A DNA stretch of 64,000 nucleotides, taken from NCBI GenBank assembly GCA_040902895.1, contig JBBDWL010000084.1, forward strand, positions 19,425 to 83,424. The letters are read 5' to 3'. This stretch comes from Vicinamibacterales bacterium. Its GTDB lineage: Bacteria; Acidobacteriota; Vicinamibacteria; Vicinamibacterales; SCN-69-37. The translations under genes and the position numbers were made by a program. Shown in pieces: positions 17,707 through 29,255 of the stretch (its first letter is position 1; every line of letters begins with the position of its first letter). The notes under the pieces were generated by a model, which made no database searches, was not told the origin of the DNA, and saw only the letters and a program-made list of their open reading frames with translations.

Positions 17707-19400
17707 GACGGACGGTTCCCAGCAGGTGCCGCGAAACAGACGCCGGCGGCGCAGGCGCGGCTGCGGACGTGCGCTTCGACCTCGTCGCCGAAATGCTTCA
17801 TGACCGACGCGATGGGCACGGGCACGACCTGGCCCAGTCCACAAATCGAGGTCAGGCGCAGCGCGTGGCCGAGCTCCTCCATCAGGACAAGATCGTCGGC
17901 GCCGCGAAGTCCCGAAGTCCACGACGTGAGAATGTCGACCAGCTTCTGCGAACCCGTGCGGCACGGCACGCACTTGCCGCATGACTCGTTGCGGAAGAAG
18001 CGCACGGCGTTGACCGCCATGTCGAGCATGCAGGCGCGCTCGTCGCAGACGACAATGGCGCCAGAGCCGACGGTCGCGCCCGCCTGGGTCATGGCTGTCC
18101 AGTCGAGCGGCAGGTCCAGCATCGACTCCGGCAGGTAGCCGCCCGCAGGCCCGGACGGCGCAAACGCTTTGATCGTGTGGCCCGGCAGGGCGCCTCCGGC
18201 GTAGTCGTTGACGATGGCGCGGTAGGGCGTGCCCATCGGCACTTCGTACACGCCGGGGCGCTGCACGTCACCGCTCACGCCAACGAACTTCACGCCGACC
18301 GAACCATCGCGGCCCTGCGCCTTCAGCCAGTCGGTGCCGCGCGCGAGAATCACGGGGACAAAGAAGAACGTCTCGACGTTGTTGATGACCGTGGGTTTCT
18401 GCCAGAGCCCCTGCTGTCCCGGGAACGGCGGCTTGTTGCGCGGCTCCGCGCGCTTGCCTTCGATCGCTTCGAGCAGCGCGCTCTCCTCTCCGCAGATGTA
18501 CAGCCCGGGACTGACGAAGACTTCGAGATCGAACGCGAGATCCGTCCCGAGAATGCGATCGCCGAGCAGCCCCTCGCGGTAGCAGCGCGCGATCTCGCCG
18601 GCCATCACGTGTTCCTGATGCGTGTACTCGTGCCGGATATAGAAGATCCCCTGCCGGGCGCCCGTGACGAGCCCGCCGAGAATCATGCCTTCGATGATCA
18701 GGTGCGGCGCGTGCGTCATCAGGAACCGGTCCTTGATGGTGCCGGGCTCGCTTTCATCCGCGTTGCACACGATGAACTTGTCGGGGCCCGGCTGGGCGCG
18801 CACGATCTCCCACTTCATTCCGGTTGGAAAGCCGGCGCCGCCGAGACCGCGCAGCCCGCTTTCCTTGAGTTTCGCGATGAGCCCCGTCCAGTCGCGCGAT
18901 TGCGCGTACTGGCGCAGCACGCCGTACTGCTCGCCCGCTGCGTACGGATCCGACCGCACGACCGCATGCGGAGGATGCGGCGGCTCCGGCAGCGGCTGCC
19001 CCCCAAGCGCCGTCTGGATCAGCGAAGCCGCAGACGCGTCATCGACGTTCTCGTAGATGACGTCATTGATCGCGATGGCCGGCGCCAGATCGCATCGCCC
19101 AAGACAGGAGACGTGCTGAATGTTGACGTCCTGACCCTGGAAGCGGCGCACGAGGCTGTCGCGGAGGCGGCCGGCGCCGTATCGATGGCAGGACATGTCG
19201 CCGCAGACACGAACTTCGGCGCGTGATGGCGGCGTGAGAAAGAAATGCGGGTAGAAACTGGCCACCGACTGCAGCCGGTACAGCGGCATGTCCAGCTGTT
19301 CTGCGAGCGCGCGCAGGGCGCCCTCAGGCAGGTAGCCATGAACCCGCTGGATGGCGCGAAGCTCATCGAACACGGGTGAGTGCGTGGCGGTCCGATTCAC
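17703..19400 (-). CDS. NuoE-NuoF fusion (NADH-binding FMN/Fe-S flavoprotein module of complex-I/HoxF type)
   Basis: 565 aa. The N-terminal NuoE-like thioredoxin-fold 2Fe-2S domain has VASFYPHF, CGDMSCH and SCLGRCDLAPA. The NuoF part has GLRGLGGAGFPTGMKWE, CNADESEPGT and the N3 cluster ligands ESCGKCVPCRTG. Confidence 0.85.
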   Translation of the reverse strand: MNRTATHSPVFDELRAIQRVHGYLPEGALRALAEQLDMPLYRLQSVASFYPHFFLTPPSRAEVRVCGDMSCHRYGAGRLRDSLVRRFQGQDVNIQHVSCLGRCDLAPAIAINDVIYENVDDASAASLIQTALGGQPLPEPPHPPHAVVRSDPYAAGEQYGVLRQYAQSRDWTGLIAKLKESGLRGLGGAGFPTGMKWEIVRAQPGPDKFIVCNADESEPGTIKDRFLMTHAPHLIIEGMILGGLVTGARQGIFYIRHEYTHQEHVMAGEIARCYREGLLGDRILGTDLAFDLEVFVSPGLYICGEESALLEAIEGKRAEPRNKPPFPGQQGLWQKPTVINNVETFFFVPVILARGTDWLKAQGRDGSVGVKFVGVSGDVQRPGVYEVPMGTPYRAIVNDYAGGALPGHTIKAFAPSGPAGGYLPESMLDLPLDWTAMTQAGATVGSGAIVVCDERACMLDMAVNAVRFFRNESCGKCVPCRTGSQKLVDILTSWTSGLRGADDLVLMEELGHALRLTSICGLGQVVPVPIASVMKHFGDEVEAHVRSRACAAGVCFAAPAGNRPS

Positions 19401-19455
19401 GCGGGGAGTGTTATAGCACGTGGAGCCGGACGAGAGGTGGTGTATAAGAACGTCA

Positions 19456-20826
19456 ATGGTGATTGGTCACGCGCCCGGAGCGCTGATGCTTGCCGCCGTG
19501 GCCGTCTTCAGCGCGTCGTTCACCCACTCGCTTCGCGCGCGCGAAGCTCGACCACCAGCCGCCATCGCGCGAGTCCCCCCCTCTGAGCGCGTACTCGCGC
19601 AGACCGCCGCAGCCTTTACCGGTCCGGGCTCCTGTGCCGCCGCCGCCTGCCATGGCGCCGTTCGCCCCGTTGCCGGCAGCCGGATTCTGCAGACCGAATA
19701 CACGACGTGGATCGCGCAGGACCGTCACGCCGCCGCAACGGAGGTGCTGTCGAATGCCGCGTCGGTGCGCATGGCGCGCATTCTCGGCGTCGGCGACCCA
19801 AAAACCGCCCCCAGATGTCTTGCGTGCCACAGCCTGGACGCGCCTTCGGCGAGCCAGGCGCGTACGTTCGCGAACGAAGGCGTGAGCTGCGAAGCGTGCC
19901 ACGGGCCCGCAAGCCGGTGGCTCGGCCCGCATACCACCAAGGGATGGACGCACGCACAGTCGGTGCAGCTCGGCATGTACGACACGAAGGATGTGGTGAA
20001 GCGCACCGAAAAGTGCCTCACCTGCCACCTGGGCACTCCTGAAAAATTTGTCGACCACGAGATGATCGCCGCCGGGCATCCGGATCTCGTATTCGACCTG
20101 GAAGCCTACAGCGCCGCAATGCCTCGGCACTGGCACGCGGCGACGCCGGCCGATCCCTTTGCTCCGGTGCGGTCGTTCAGCATCGGACAGCTCGTGCACC
20201 TGCGAAATGCGCTCGATCGTCTCGCCCACCGCGCAAAAACGTCGTGGCCTGAATACGGCGAGCTCGATTGTTTCGCCTGCCACCACAGCCTCACACCGGC
20301 AAGCGACAGCTGGCGCCAGGCTGCCGGCTACGAGAACCGACGTCCCGGCAATCCGCCGCTCAACGTCTCGCGCTGGACGACCGCCCAGCATGTGCTGGCG
20401 GCATTCGACGGACAAGCGGCCGATGAGATGCGCCCGGTGATGATTGCCCTGCAGCGCGAGGCGGGCCGGCTTCGCGTGGATGCCGACGCCATCGCCGGTC
20501 AGGTTGCGCGGGCGCGAGGCATCCTCGATCGCGCCATTGGACGCGCCGTCGCCGCGCGGCCTGACGCCGCTGTGGCGCGAAGGTTGCTGCGCGCGATTGC
20601 ATCCGACGCGCCTGCCATCGCGATCCAGGGTGAGCGTGCGGCCGAACAGGCAGCCATGGCCATGGAAACGCTCTACACCGCCACGGCCGGCACCGGCAGC
20701 AACACCGCCGTGCGCACGGCTTTCGACGAGTTGTTCCGGCAGTTCCAAAGTCCCAGCAGCTACGACCCGCGGCGTTTCGTCGCGCAGGTACGGAAACTCG
20801 AGGCCGCTCTTGGCGCGCCGCGCTGA
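19456..20826 (+). CDS. Exported pentahaem c-type cytochrome (cytochrome c554-like family)
   Basis: ORF 19420..20826. I prefer the ATG at 19456 (MVIGHAPGALMLAAVAVFSASF, signal-like), but 19420 is not excluded. Haem motifs: CAAAACH (CX4CH), CLACH, CEACH, CLTCH, CFACH. It is divergent from the NuoEF operon with an intergenic region of about 55 nt. Confidence 0.7.
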   Translation: MVIGHAPGALMLAAVAVFSASFTHSLRAREARPPAAIARVPPSERVLAQTAAAFTGPGSCAAAACHGAVRPVAGSRILQTEYTTWIAQDRHAAATEVLSNAASVRMARILGVGDPKTAPRCLACHSLDAPSASQARTFANEGVSCEACHGPASRWLGPHTTKGWTHAQSVQLGMYDTKDVVKRTEKCLTCHLGTPEKFVDHEMIAAGHPDLVFDLEAYSAAMPRHWHAATPADPFAPVRSFSIGQLVHLRNALDRLAHRAKTSWPEYGELDCFACHHSLTPASDSWRQAAGYENRRPGNPPLNVSRWTTAQHVLAAFDGQAADEMRPVMIALQREAGRLRVDADAIAGQVARARGILDRAIGRAVAARPDAAVARRLLRAIASDAPAIAIQGERAAEQAAMAMETLYTATAGTGSNTAVRTAFDELFRQFQSPSSYDPRRFVAQVRKLEAALGAPR

Positions 20827-22615
20827 GGCTCGACGCCGCGGCATCCGCGCCGGCATCCGGCTTGCCTTCGCACTGGCCGGCATCGTAATCGCGAGCGATC
20901 GCGTCGGCACGCAGAACACACCGGCGAATCGCGCGGGCGGGCCCGCCCGTATTCTCACTGCGGCTGACGTGCGCGCCGTCCTCATCACGGCCGCCACCGC
21001 GCTCGGCGACGACACACTCGCTGCGGCCGTCGTCGATCGCACCGGCAATATCCTCGGCGTCTACGCGCGTCCCGGCGCGGCGGCACGGACGCCGGACATC
21101 GCCGTTTCTCTTGCGCGGACCGGTGCCATGTTCGCGAACGATCAGGCCCCGCTATCGTCCCGCACCGTCCGGTTCATCAGCGGCATTCACTTTCCTCCGG
21201 GTGTCCGGAACACGTCGAACGCCGCTCTGTACGGAGTGGAAAACATCAACCGCGGCTGCACGGTGGACGATGCGGGTGATGCGATCTTCAATGCGCCGTT
21301 TCCGCGGCCGGCATCGATTGAGGGCGCGTTCGGGTCCGGCGCGGACGGAATGCCGCTGCCATGTGAGCCGTCGGACACGCGCGGATGTGCGCGCGGCGGG
21401 CCCATGCGCGATCTCGGGGGACACGAGGTCGAGTCAGTGGGCATCACCACTGGAAAAGCCGATGTGCTCGACACCGGCCAGGATCATCCCGCGACCGTGC
21501 CCGTGAACCCGGGTGGGATCCCGATCTACCGCGAGGGCAAGGTTGTTGGTGGCATTGGCGTCGCCGGCGTGCGGCCCGACTTCGCGGAATTCGCGGCGAC
21601 GCTTGCCGCGGCGGGCTCCGGGCGAGGCCTCGATTTCTCGGAACCGCTTGGCGCGCCGGGCGCGGTGTTCATCGATGGCCTACGCCTGCCGTTTTTCGGC
21701 GGCTGCACGTCAATCCCGTGCATCCGTCAGGCGCTTCGCTCCCGCCCCGCAGGATCCTCGCCTGGCTCGTTCTCGTCTGGCGGCTTCATCGTGGAGCCTC
21801 GCGATGGCCTGCAGGCGCCCGAGCATTATCTGATCGGCCCGCGTGCGAGCACGCGCCCCGGCGGCCTCACGGAAGCGGAGGTTCAGCAGATCGTCGCGCG
21901 AGCCGTCGACGTGTCGCTGCGCACGCGCGCGATGATTCGCCTGCCGTTCAACCAGCCGGCGCGCATGACGATGGGCATTTCGGATGAGGATGGGGAAATC
22001 CTCGCGCTCTATCGCATGCCCGACGGCACCGTGTTCTCGTCAGATGTCGCGATGACCAAGGCGCGCAACGCGTATTACTTCAGCACGCGCGAGGGATACG
22101 AGGTGCTGCGCGGCTATGCCGAGACGAATCCGCACGAGCCGTATCGGTGGGAGCCGGAACCGCCGGCCGGGCAGGGATGGGCGGTGACGGCGCGCACCCT
22201 CAGCTTCGGCGGACAGCCCCTGTTTCCGCCCGGCGTCGACCTGGAGGAACAGCTGCATGGCGAGGAGCCGAAGCCGGGGCCCTTCTTCGATCTCTTCGTC
22301 TATGACACGGTGAATCCATGCACGGAAGGCCCGGGTCCGAGCCGCGGCGGCAACCGCGCCTATCTCAATCAAAGCGGGATCGTCTGGTTTCCCGGCAGTG
22401 TGCCGCTGTATCGCGACGGGCGCCTGATTGGAGGATTAGGCGTCAGCGGTGACGGCGTGGAACAGGACGACTATGTCTCGCTGCTGGCCAGCGAAGGTTT
22501 CCACCCGCCGGCGGCGCTGCGCGTCGACAACAGCGTCATGCGCGACTCGCATGGCCGCGCCGTGCGCCTGCCGTATCTGAAGCTTCCGCGGGTTCCCCAA
22601 ATTCCACGGCGTTAG
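20810..22615 (+). CDS. Exported protein with two GlcG/HbpS-like (DUF336) putative haem-binding domains
   Basis: ORF 20444..22615 overlaps the preceding cytochrome gene for 380 nt. No in-frame ATG precedes the signal-like segment RRRGIRAGIRLAFALAGIVIA, so the best candidate start is the TTG at 20810 (start uncertain). The DUF336-like signature appears twice: ...DRTGNILGVYARPG...NPGGIPIYREGKVVGGIGVAG and ...DEDGEILALYRMPDG...FPGSVPLYRDGRLIGGLGVSGDGVEQDD. Confidence 0.6.
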   Translation: MARRAEARRRGIRAGIRLAFALAGIVIASDRVGTQNTPANRAGGPARILTAADVRAVLITAATALGDDTLAAAVVDRTGNILGVYARPGAAARTPDIAVSLARTGAMFANDQAPLSSRTVRFISGIHFPPGVRNTSNAALYGVENINRGCTVDDAGDAIFNAPFPRPASIEGAFGSGADGMPLPCEPSDTRGCARGGPMRDLGGHEVESVGITTGKADVLDTGQDHPATVPVNPGGIPIYREGKVVGGIGVAGVRPDFAEFAATLAAAGSGRGLDFSEPLGAPGAVFIDGLRLPFFGGCTSIPCIRQALRSRPAGSSPGSFSSGGFIVEPRDGLQAPEHYLIGPRASTRPGGLTEAEVQQIVARAVDVSLRTRAMIRLPFNQPARMTMGISDEDGEILALYRMPDGTVFSSDVAMTKARNAYYFSTREGYEVLRGYAETNPHEPYRWEPEPPAGQGWAVTARTLSFGGQPLFPPGVDLEEQLHGEEPKPGPFFDLFVYDTVNPCTEGPGPSRGGNRAYLNQSGIVWFPGSVPLYRDGRLIGGLGVSGDGVEQDDYVSLLASEGFHPPAALRVDNSVMRDSHGRAVRLPYLKLPRVPQIPRR

Positions 22616-22617
22616 GT

Positions 22618-23424
22618 TCAAATCCGGAACGTCTGCCCCTCGCCCGCCGTGTCGGTTGCGGCGAAGACCTGCTGCGCCGCCCGTTTGATCTCCACCAGAT
22701 CCTCATCACTGCGGCCTGGCTTGTGGTGGAAGAGCCAGAGCGCGCCAATGCTGTTCGTGCCGGCAAACTCCGCGCACGTGCGCCAGTCGCTGTGCCCCCA
22801 GCCGGCATGCGCGCCGATCTCGTCAGGGGTGAAGTGGGAGTCGAGAATGATTGCGGCGGCGCCGTGCGCGAAACGCGCGAGCGCGGCGTCATGCGACGCG
22901 CTGCCGAACTCATGATCGGTTGCATAGACCAGATCACGGTGCTCACCGCGCACCCGGTAGCCGAGACATCCCCCGGGATGATTGAGCGGCATCGCCGTGA
23001 TCTCGAATCCCTCGATCGAAATATCCCCTGGCCCGACGATCGTGATCGAGGGACGATTGGGCAGACGATCGACCGGCACCGGGAAAAAGGGCGATCGAAA
23101 GATCGTCTCGACCCAGTCGGGCTCGCTGGACTCGAACTTCGGCGCAAAAATTCTCGGACTCCACCCGGGCTGATACAACTGGGCGAGAAACGGAAGACCC
23201 TGCACGTGATCCCAGTGATAGTGCGTCAGCAAGATCGGCAGCTCACGCGGCTCGCCTTTCAATGCGACGCCGACGCCAACGATGCCGGATCCGGCATCGA
23301 GGATCAGGGTGCGCCCGGAGCGCTCGTTCGTGAGCTCGATACACGGCGTATTGCAGCCGTGGCCGATGGCGCTCGGCGTCGCCCACGGCACCGACCCTCG
23401 CACGCCCCAGAAGCGAACCAGCAT
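22618..23424 (-). CDS. Metallo-beta-lactamase-fold hydrolase
   Basis: ORF 22618..23625 trimmed to the ATG at 23424 ([17 protein letters not shown]...), which overlaps the upstream TGA by 1 nt, giving 268 aa. HxHxDH metal motif in LLTHYHWDHVQGLPF. Later His/Asp ligand contexts: LNHPGG, ATDHE, LFHH. Confidence 0.75.
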   Translation of the reverse strand: MLVRFWGVRGSVPWATPSAIGHGCNTPCIELTNERSGRTLILDAGSGIVGVGVALKGEPRELPILLTHYHWDHVQGLPFLAQLYQPGWSPRIFAPKFESSEPDWVETIFRSPFFPVPVDRLPNRPSITIVGPGDISIEGFEITAMPLNHPGGCLGYRVRGEHRDLVYATDHEFGSASHDAALARFAHGAAAIILDSHFTPDEIGAHAGWGHSDWRTCAEFAGTNSIGALWLFHHKPGRSDEDLVEIKRAAQQVFAATDTAGEGQTFRI

Positions 23425-24534
23425 CAGCGCCCTCCCGCGAGCTGGCGATTGGATTCGCGCACGCGCGCGGCAAGCTGCCGCAGCAGCTCCTGCGTGCGCG
23501 CGGGATCCTCGACGAGCAGGCGGCCAAATGATGCCTTCGTGATGCGGCGAAGCTGCACGTCGGTCATCGCGGTCACCGTCGCGGAGCGAGGCTCGTCGAG
23601 CAACAGGCTCATCTCGCCCACCCACGAGCCCGGGCCAAGTTCCGCCAGCACCGCGGCCTCGCGTGTGACGCGCAGCCTGCCGCGTTCGACCAGATAGGCT
23701 TCAGTGCCGGTTTCTCCTTCTCTCATCACCACCTCGCCCGCGCGTGCAAGCCGGTAGCCGCACGTCTCGAACGGACACGGATACGCGGCCGTGTGATACA
23801 GCTTGGCGCACACAGTCGTGCGGCCCCACTGCCGGCGGTACGCCGCGGCCGCGAGCAGGGCGCCCGCGACAGGGCCGGCGATGTAAATCCATTGATCGCG
23901 CAGGGCCGGCACGAGCAGCGCCGGAGCGAGACTCCGCGCGGGATTGACACTGGTTCCCGAAATCGGCGCTTCGATCGTCACCAGCGCCACGACCAGGGTG
24001 CCGGCGATGATGCCGGTGCGCGCCGCGAGCGCCGGCTTGTTCACACACACGAAAATCAGAAACACCAGCGCGAAGGTCGCGGCGGTTTCAGCGGCCAGGG
24101 CGCCCATCCACGTCCATCCCTCCCCGGGCGCTGTCAGGGCAAGCTGAACGCTGCGGGCGATATCGCCCCAGACGAGCGCCGCAAGCGCCACGCCCGCGAC
24201 CGCGCCGGTCAGCTGCGCCACGATGTACGGCAGCACGTCGCGGCCTGGAAATTTCCCGAGACGCCAGAATGCAAGCGTGACCGCCGGATTGATGTGACCT
24301 CCGCTGCGCTGGCCGAGCGGCGAATAAACCACGAATGTCGCGCCTCCTGCGAAGAGCAGGCCCGTGATAAATCGGCGCAGCGCCGGCGGTTCGATGACCG
24401 GGACACGTGACCCCGCGCCCCACATCGCGGTCACCGCCGAGACGCCCAGGAACAGCATCACCGCGGTGCCGGCGAACTCGCAGGCATAGATGAGCGTGCG
24501 TCCGCGCATGGTTGTCGCATAATACCCGTCCGCC

Positions 24535-24536
<2 letters not shown>
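23424..24536 (-). CDS. MIP-family aquaporin fused to a C-terminal cNMP-binding domain
   Basis: ORF 23424..24599 with the start at ATG 24536 (MADGYY...); ATG 24509 is an alternative. Six TM helices with both NPA boxes ([18 protein letters not shown]). A Cys/His-containing linker ([19 protein letters not shown]) follows, then the cNMP domain [24 protein letters not shown]...[18 protein letters not shown]. Confidence 0.85.
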
Positions 24537-27194
<2,658 letters not shown>

Positions 27195-27207
<13 letters not shown>

Positions 27208-29255
27208 CTTCAGCCGTTCTGGCGGTCCTGCTCGTTGCCGTGCCGTGTGTCGCGCAGACGATTCCCGGCCAGGCCGCGCGCGCGGCGTCGATTCATGGCG
27301 TGGTGCGCGCCGAAGACGGCCGCGCGGTGCCCGGCGCGACGATCGAGCTGCGCCAACATGCCGCATCCGGCCGCCCCGTCGCCTTTCCTGGCACGCGCCG
27401 CACCCTGACCTCCGCTGACGGCATCTTCCGCTTCCTCAACGTGTCTGCCGGCGATTACACGCTGACGGTGGTCGCCGAAGGCTTCGAGCCGCTCACGCGT
27501 GCGGACCTTCGTCTCGGCCGCTCGGAACTGGTGACAACGGAGCTTGTGCTGCGCCGCGTGGCCGGCACCGGCGCCGCCGCACCGGCTGCGACGCCTGAAC
27601 CCGAAACGCGCTACGGCCGTGTGGTGCGCCCGCGTACGCCATCAACCGGCGAAGCGGTGCCCCTGCCGCCCGACGAGAAAGTGTTCATGCCGATTCCGGA
27701 TCGCTGGAATCTGCCGATGCCCGACTGGGACCGTTATGGATCGGGCGGCGACTATCCCTACGTCAGCGGACGATGGTGGGACCCATACAACACGAATGTG
27801 CTCAAGGGTGATCGGCCGATCATCGGCAACCGGACGTTCCTGACGTTCCTCGGCGTCAGCGACACGCTGTTCGAAGGCCGCAATCTTCCAACACCCAGCG
27901 GTGTCTCGACCAACCGCCCGGGCAGTGAGCCATTCTTCGGCCGGGGCGGCCAGTACTTTCCCGTCACGGTCGTCCGAACGTCCATCGATCTGTTTCGCGG
28001 CGATACGGCATACCGGCCGGTCGACTGGCGCATTCGCGTGCAGCCCGCCTTCAGCCTGAACTTCATCAACACCGCGGAGTATGGCGCGGTGAACTTCGAC
28101 GTGCGCCGGCGATCGAACCGCCTGTCATCGCACATCGGACTGCAGGAAGCCTTCGGCGAGGTCAAGATCGCAGACCTGAGCAGCAACTACGACTTCATCT
28201 CGGTTCGCGCGGGCATCCAGGAGTTCAGCAGCGATTTTCGCGGTTTCGTCTCCGTGCTTGAGGCGCCCGGGGTGCGGGTGTTCGGCACGCTCGCGTCCAG
28301 CCGCATCGAATTCAACGCGGTGTATTTCGATCTGCTCGAAAAGGAAACGAACAGCGGCTTCAACGAGTGGAAGCGCCGCGACCAGCAGGTCTGGATTGGG
28401 AACGTCTACATTCAGGACTTCATCAAGCCGGGCTATACGACGTCTTTCAGCTTCCACGCCAACCGCGATCACGGCCACGAGCACTACGACCACAACGGCT
28501 TTCTCGTCCGCCCCGCGCCGATCGGCATCATCGTCGAGAACACGGTGCATGCCTACTATCTCGGGTGGGCCGGCAACGGACATCTCGGCCGGTGGAACGT
28601 CAGCCATGCGTTCTATCAGGCATTCGGGCATGAGTCGACCAATCCGATCGCCGCGCAGCGCGTCGACATCAACGCGCGGATGGCGGCGGCCGAAGTGTCG
28701 ATCGACAAGGACTGGCTGCGCATCAAAGGCGCGTTCTTCTATGCGACGGGCGATGCCGATCCTGGCGATGACGAGGGATCCGGGTTCGACGCCATCGTGG
28801 ATATTCCGGTCTTCGCGGGCGGGCCGTTCAGTCTCTGGAACCGTCAGGGCCTGAGGCTCGCGCAAACGGGCACGGGCCTTTTGTCGCCGTCAAGCCTGCT
28901 GCCCACGCTTCGCACGAACAAGGATGAGGGGCAGGCGAACTTCGTGAACCCCGGCGTGATGCTGGTGAACGCCGGGCTCGACGTCGAGCTCACGCCGAAG
29001 CTGCGCGCCTTTGCGAACAGCGGCTTTCTGCGGTTCGCACACACCGACTCGATTGAGGCGCTGCTCTTCCAGGGAGACATCCGGCCGAACATCGGGCTCG
29101 ACTACGGGATGGGCTTTCAATTCCGTCCCCCGTTGAGCGATAACATCGTTATCGTCGGAGGCATCGCGGCCATGAAGCTCGGGCAGGGGCTGAAAGACAT
29201 CTACGATCGCGGCCATGTGTTCTCGGCGTTTCTCAACGCGAGGCTCGTCTTCTGA
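27195..29255 (+). CDS. Outer-membrane beta-barrel protein with N-terminal CarboxypepD_reg-like domain (alginate-export/porin-like)
   Basis: 686 aa. Signal peptide [21 protein letters not shown]. An Ig-like regulatory domain ([20 protein letters not shown]...[12 protein letters not shown]) is followed by alternating amphipathic strands, and the protein ends in an aromatic residue (...FLNARLVF). The start overlaps the glucosidase gene by 13 nt and the stop overlaps the next ATG (TGATG). Confidence 0.55.

Noticed and set aside
19401-19455. Two similar AT-rich boxes (GTGTTATAG, GTGTATAAG) in the NuoEF/cytochrome divergent region, considered as a CRP-like site
   Set aside because: They do not fit TGTGA-N6-TCACA. 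They may simply be -10-like elements of the two divergent promoters. The sequence alone does not support calling them a CRP-like site.
19453-21048. 531-aa minus-strand ORF
   Set aside because: It is antisense to the pentahaem cytochrome gene (CXXCH motifs on the plus strand). It has no motifs and an Arg/Gly/Ala-rich composition.
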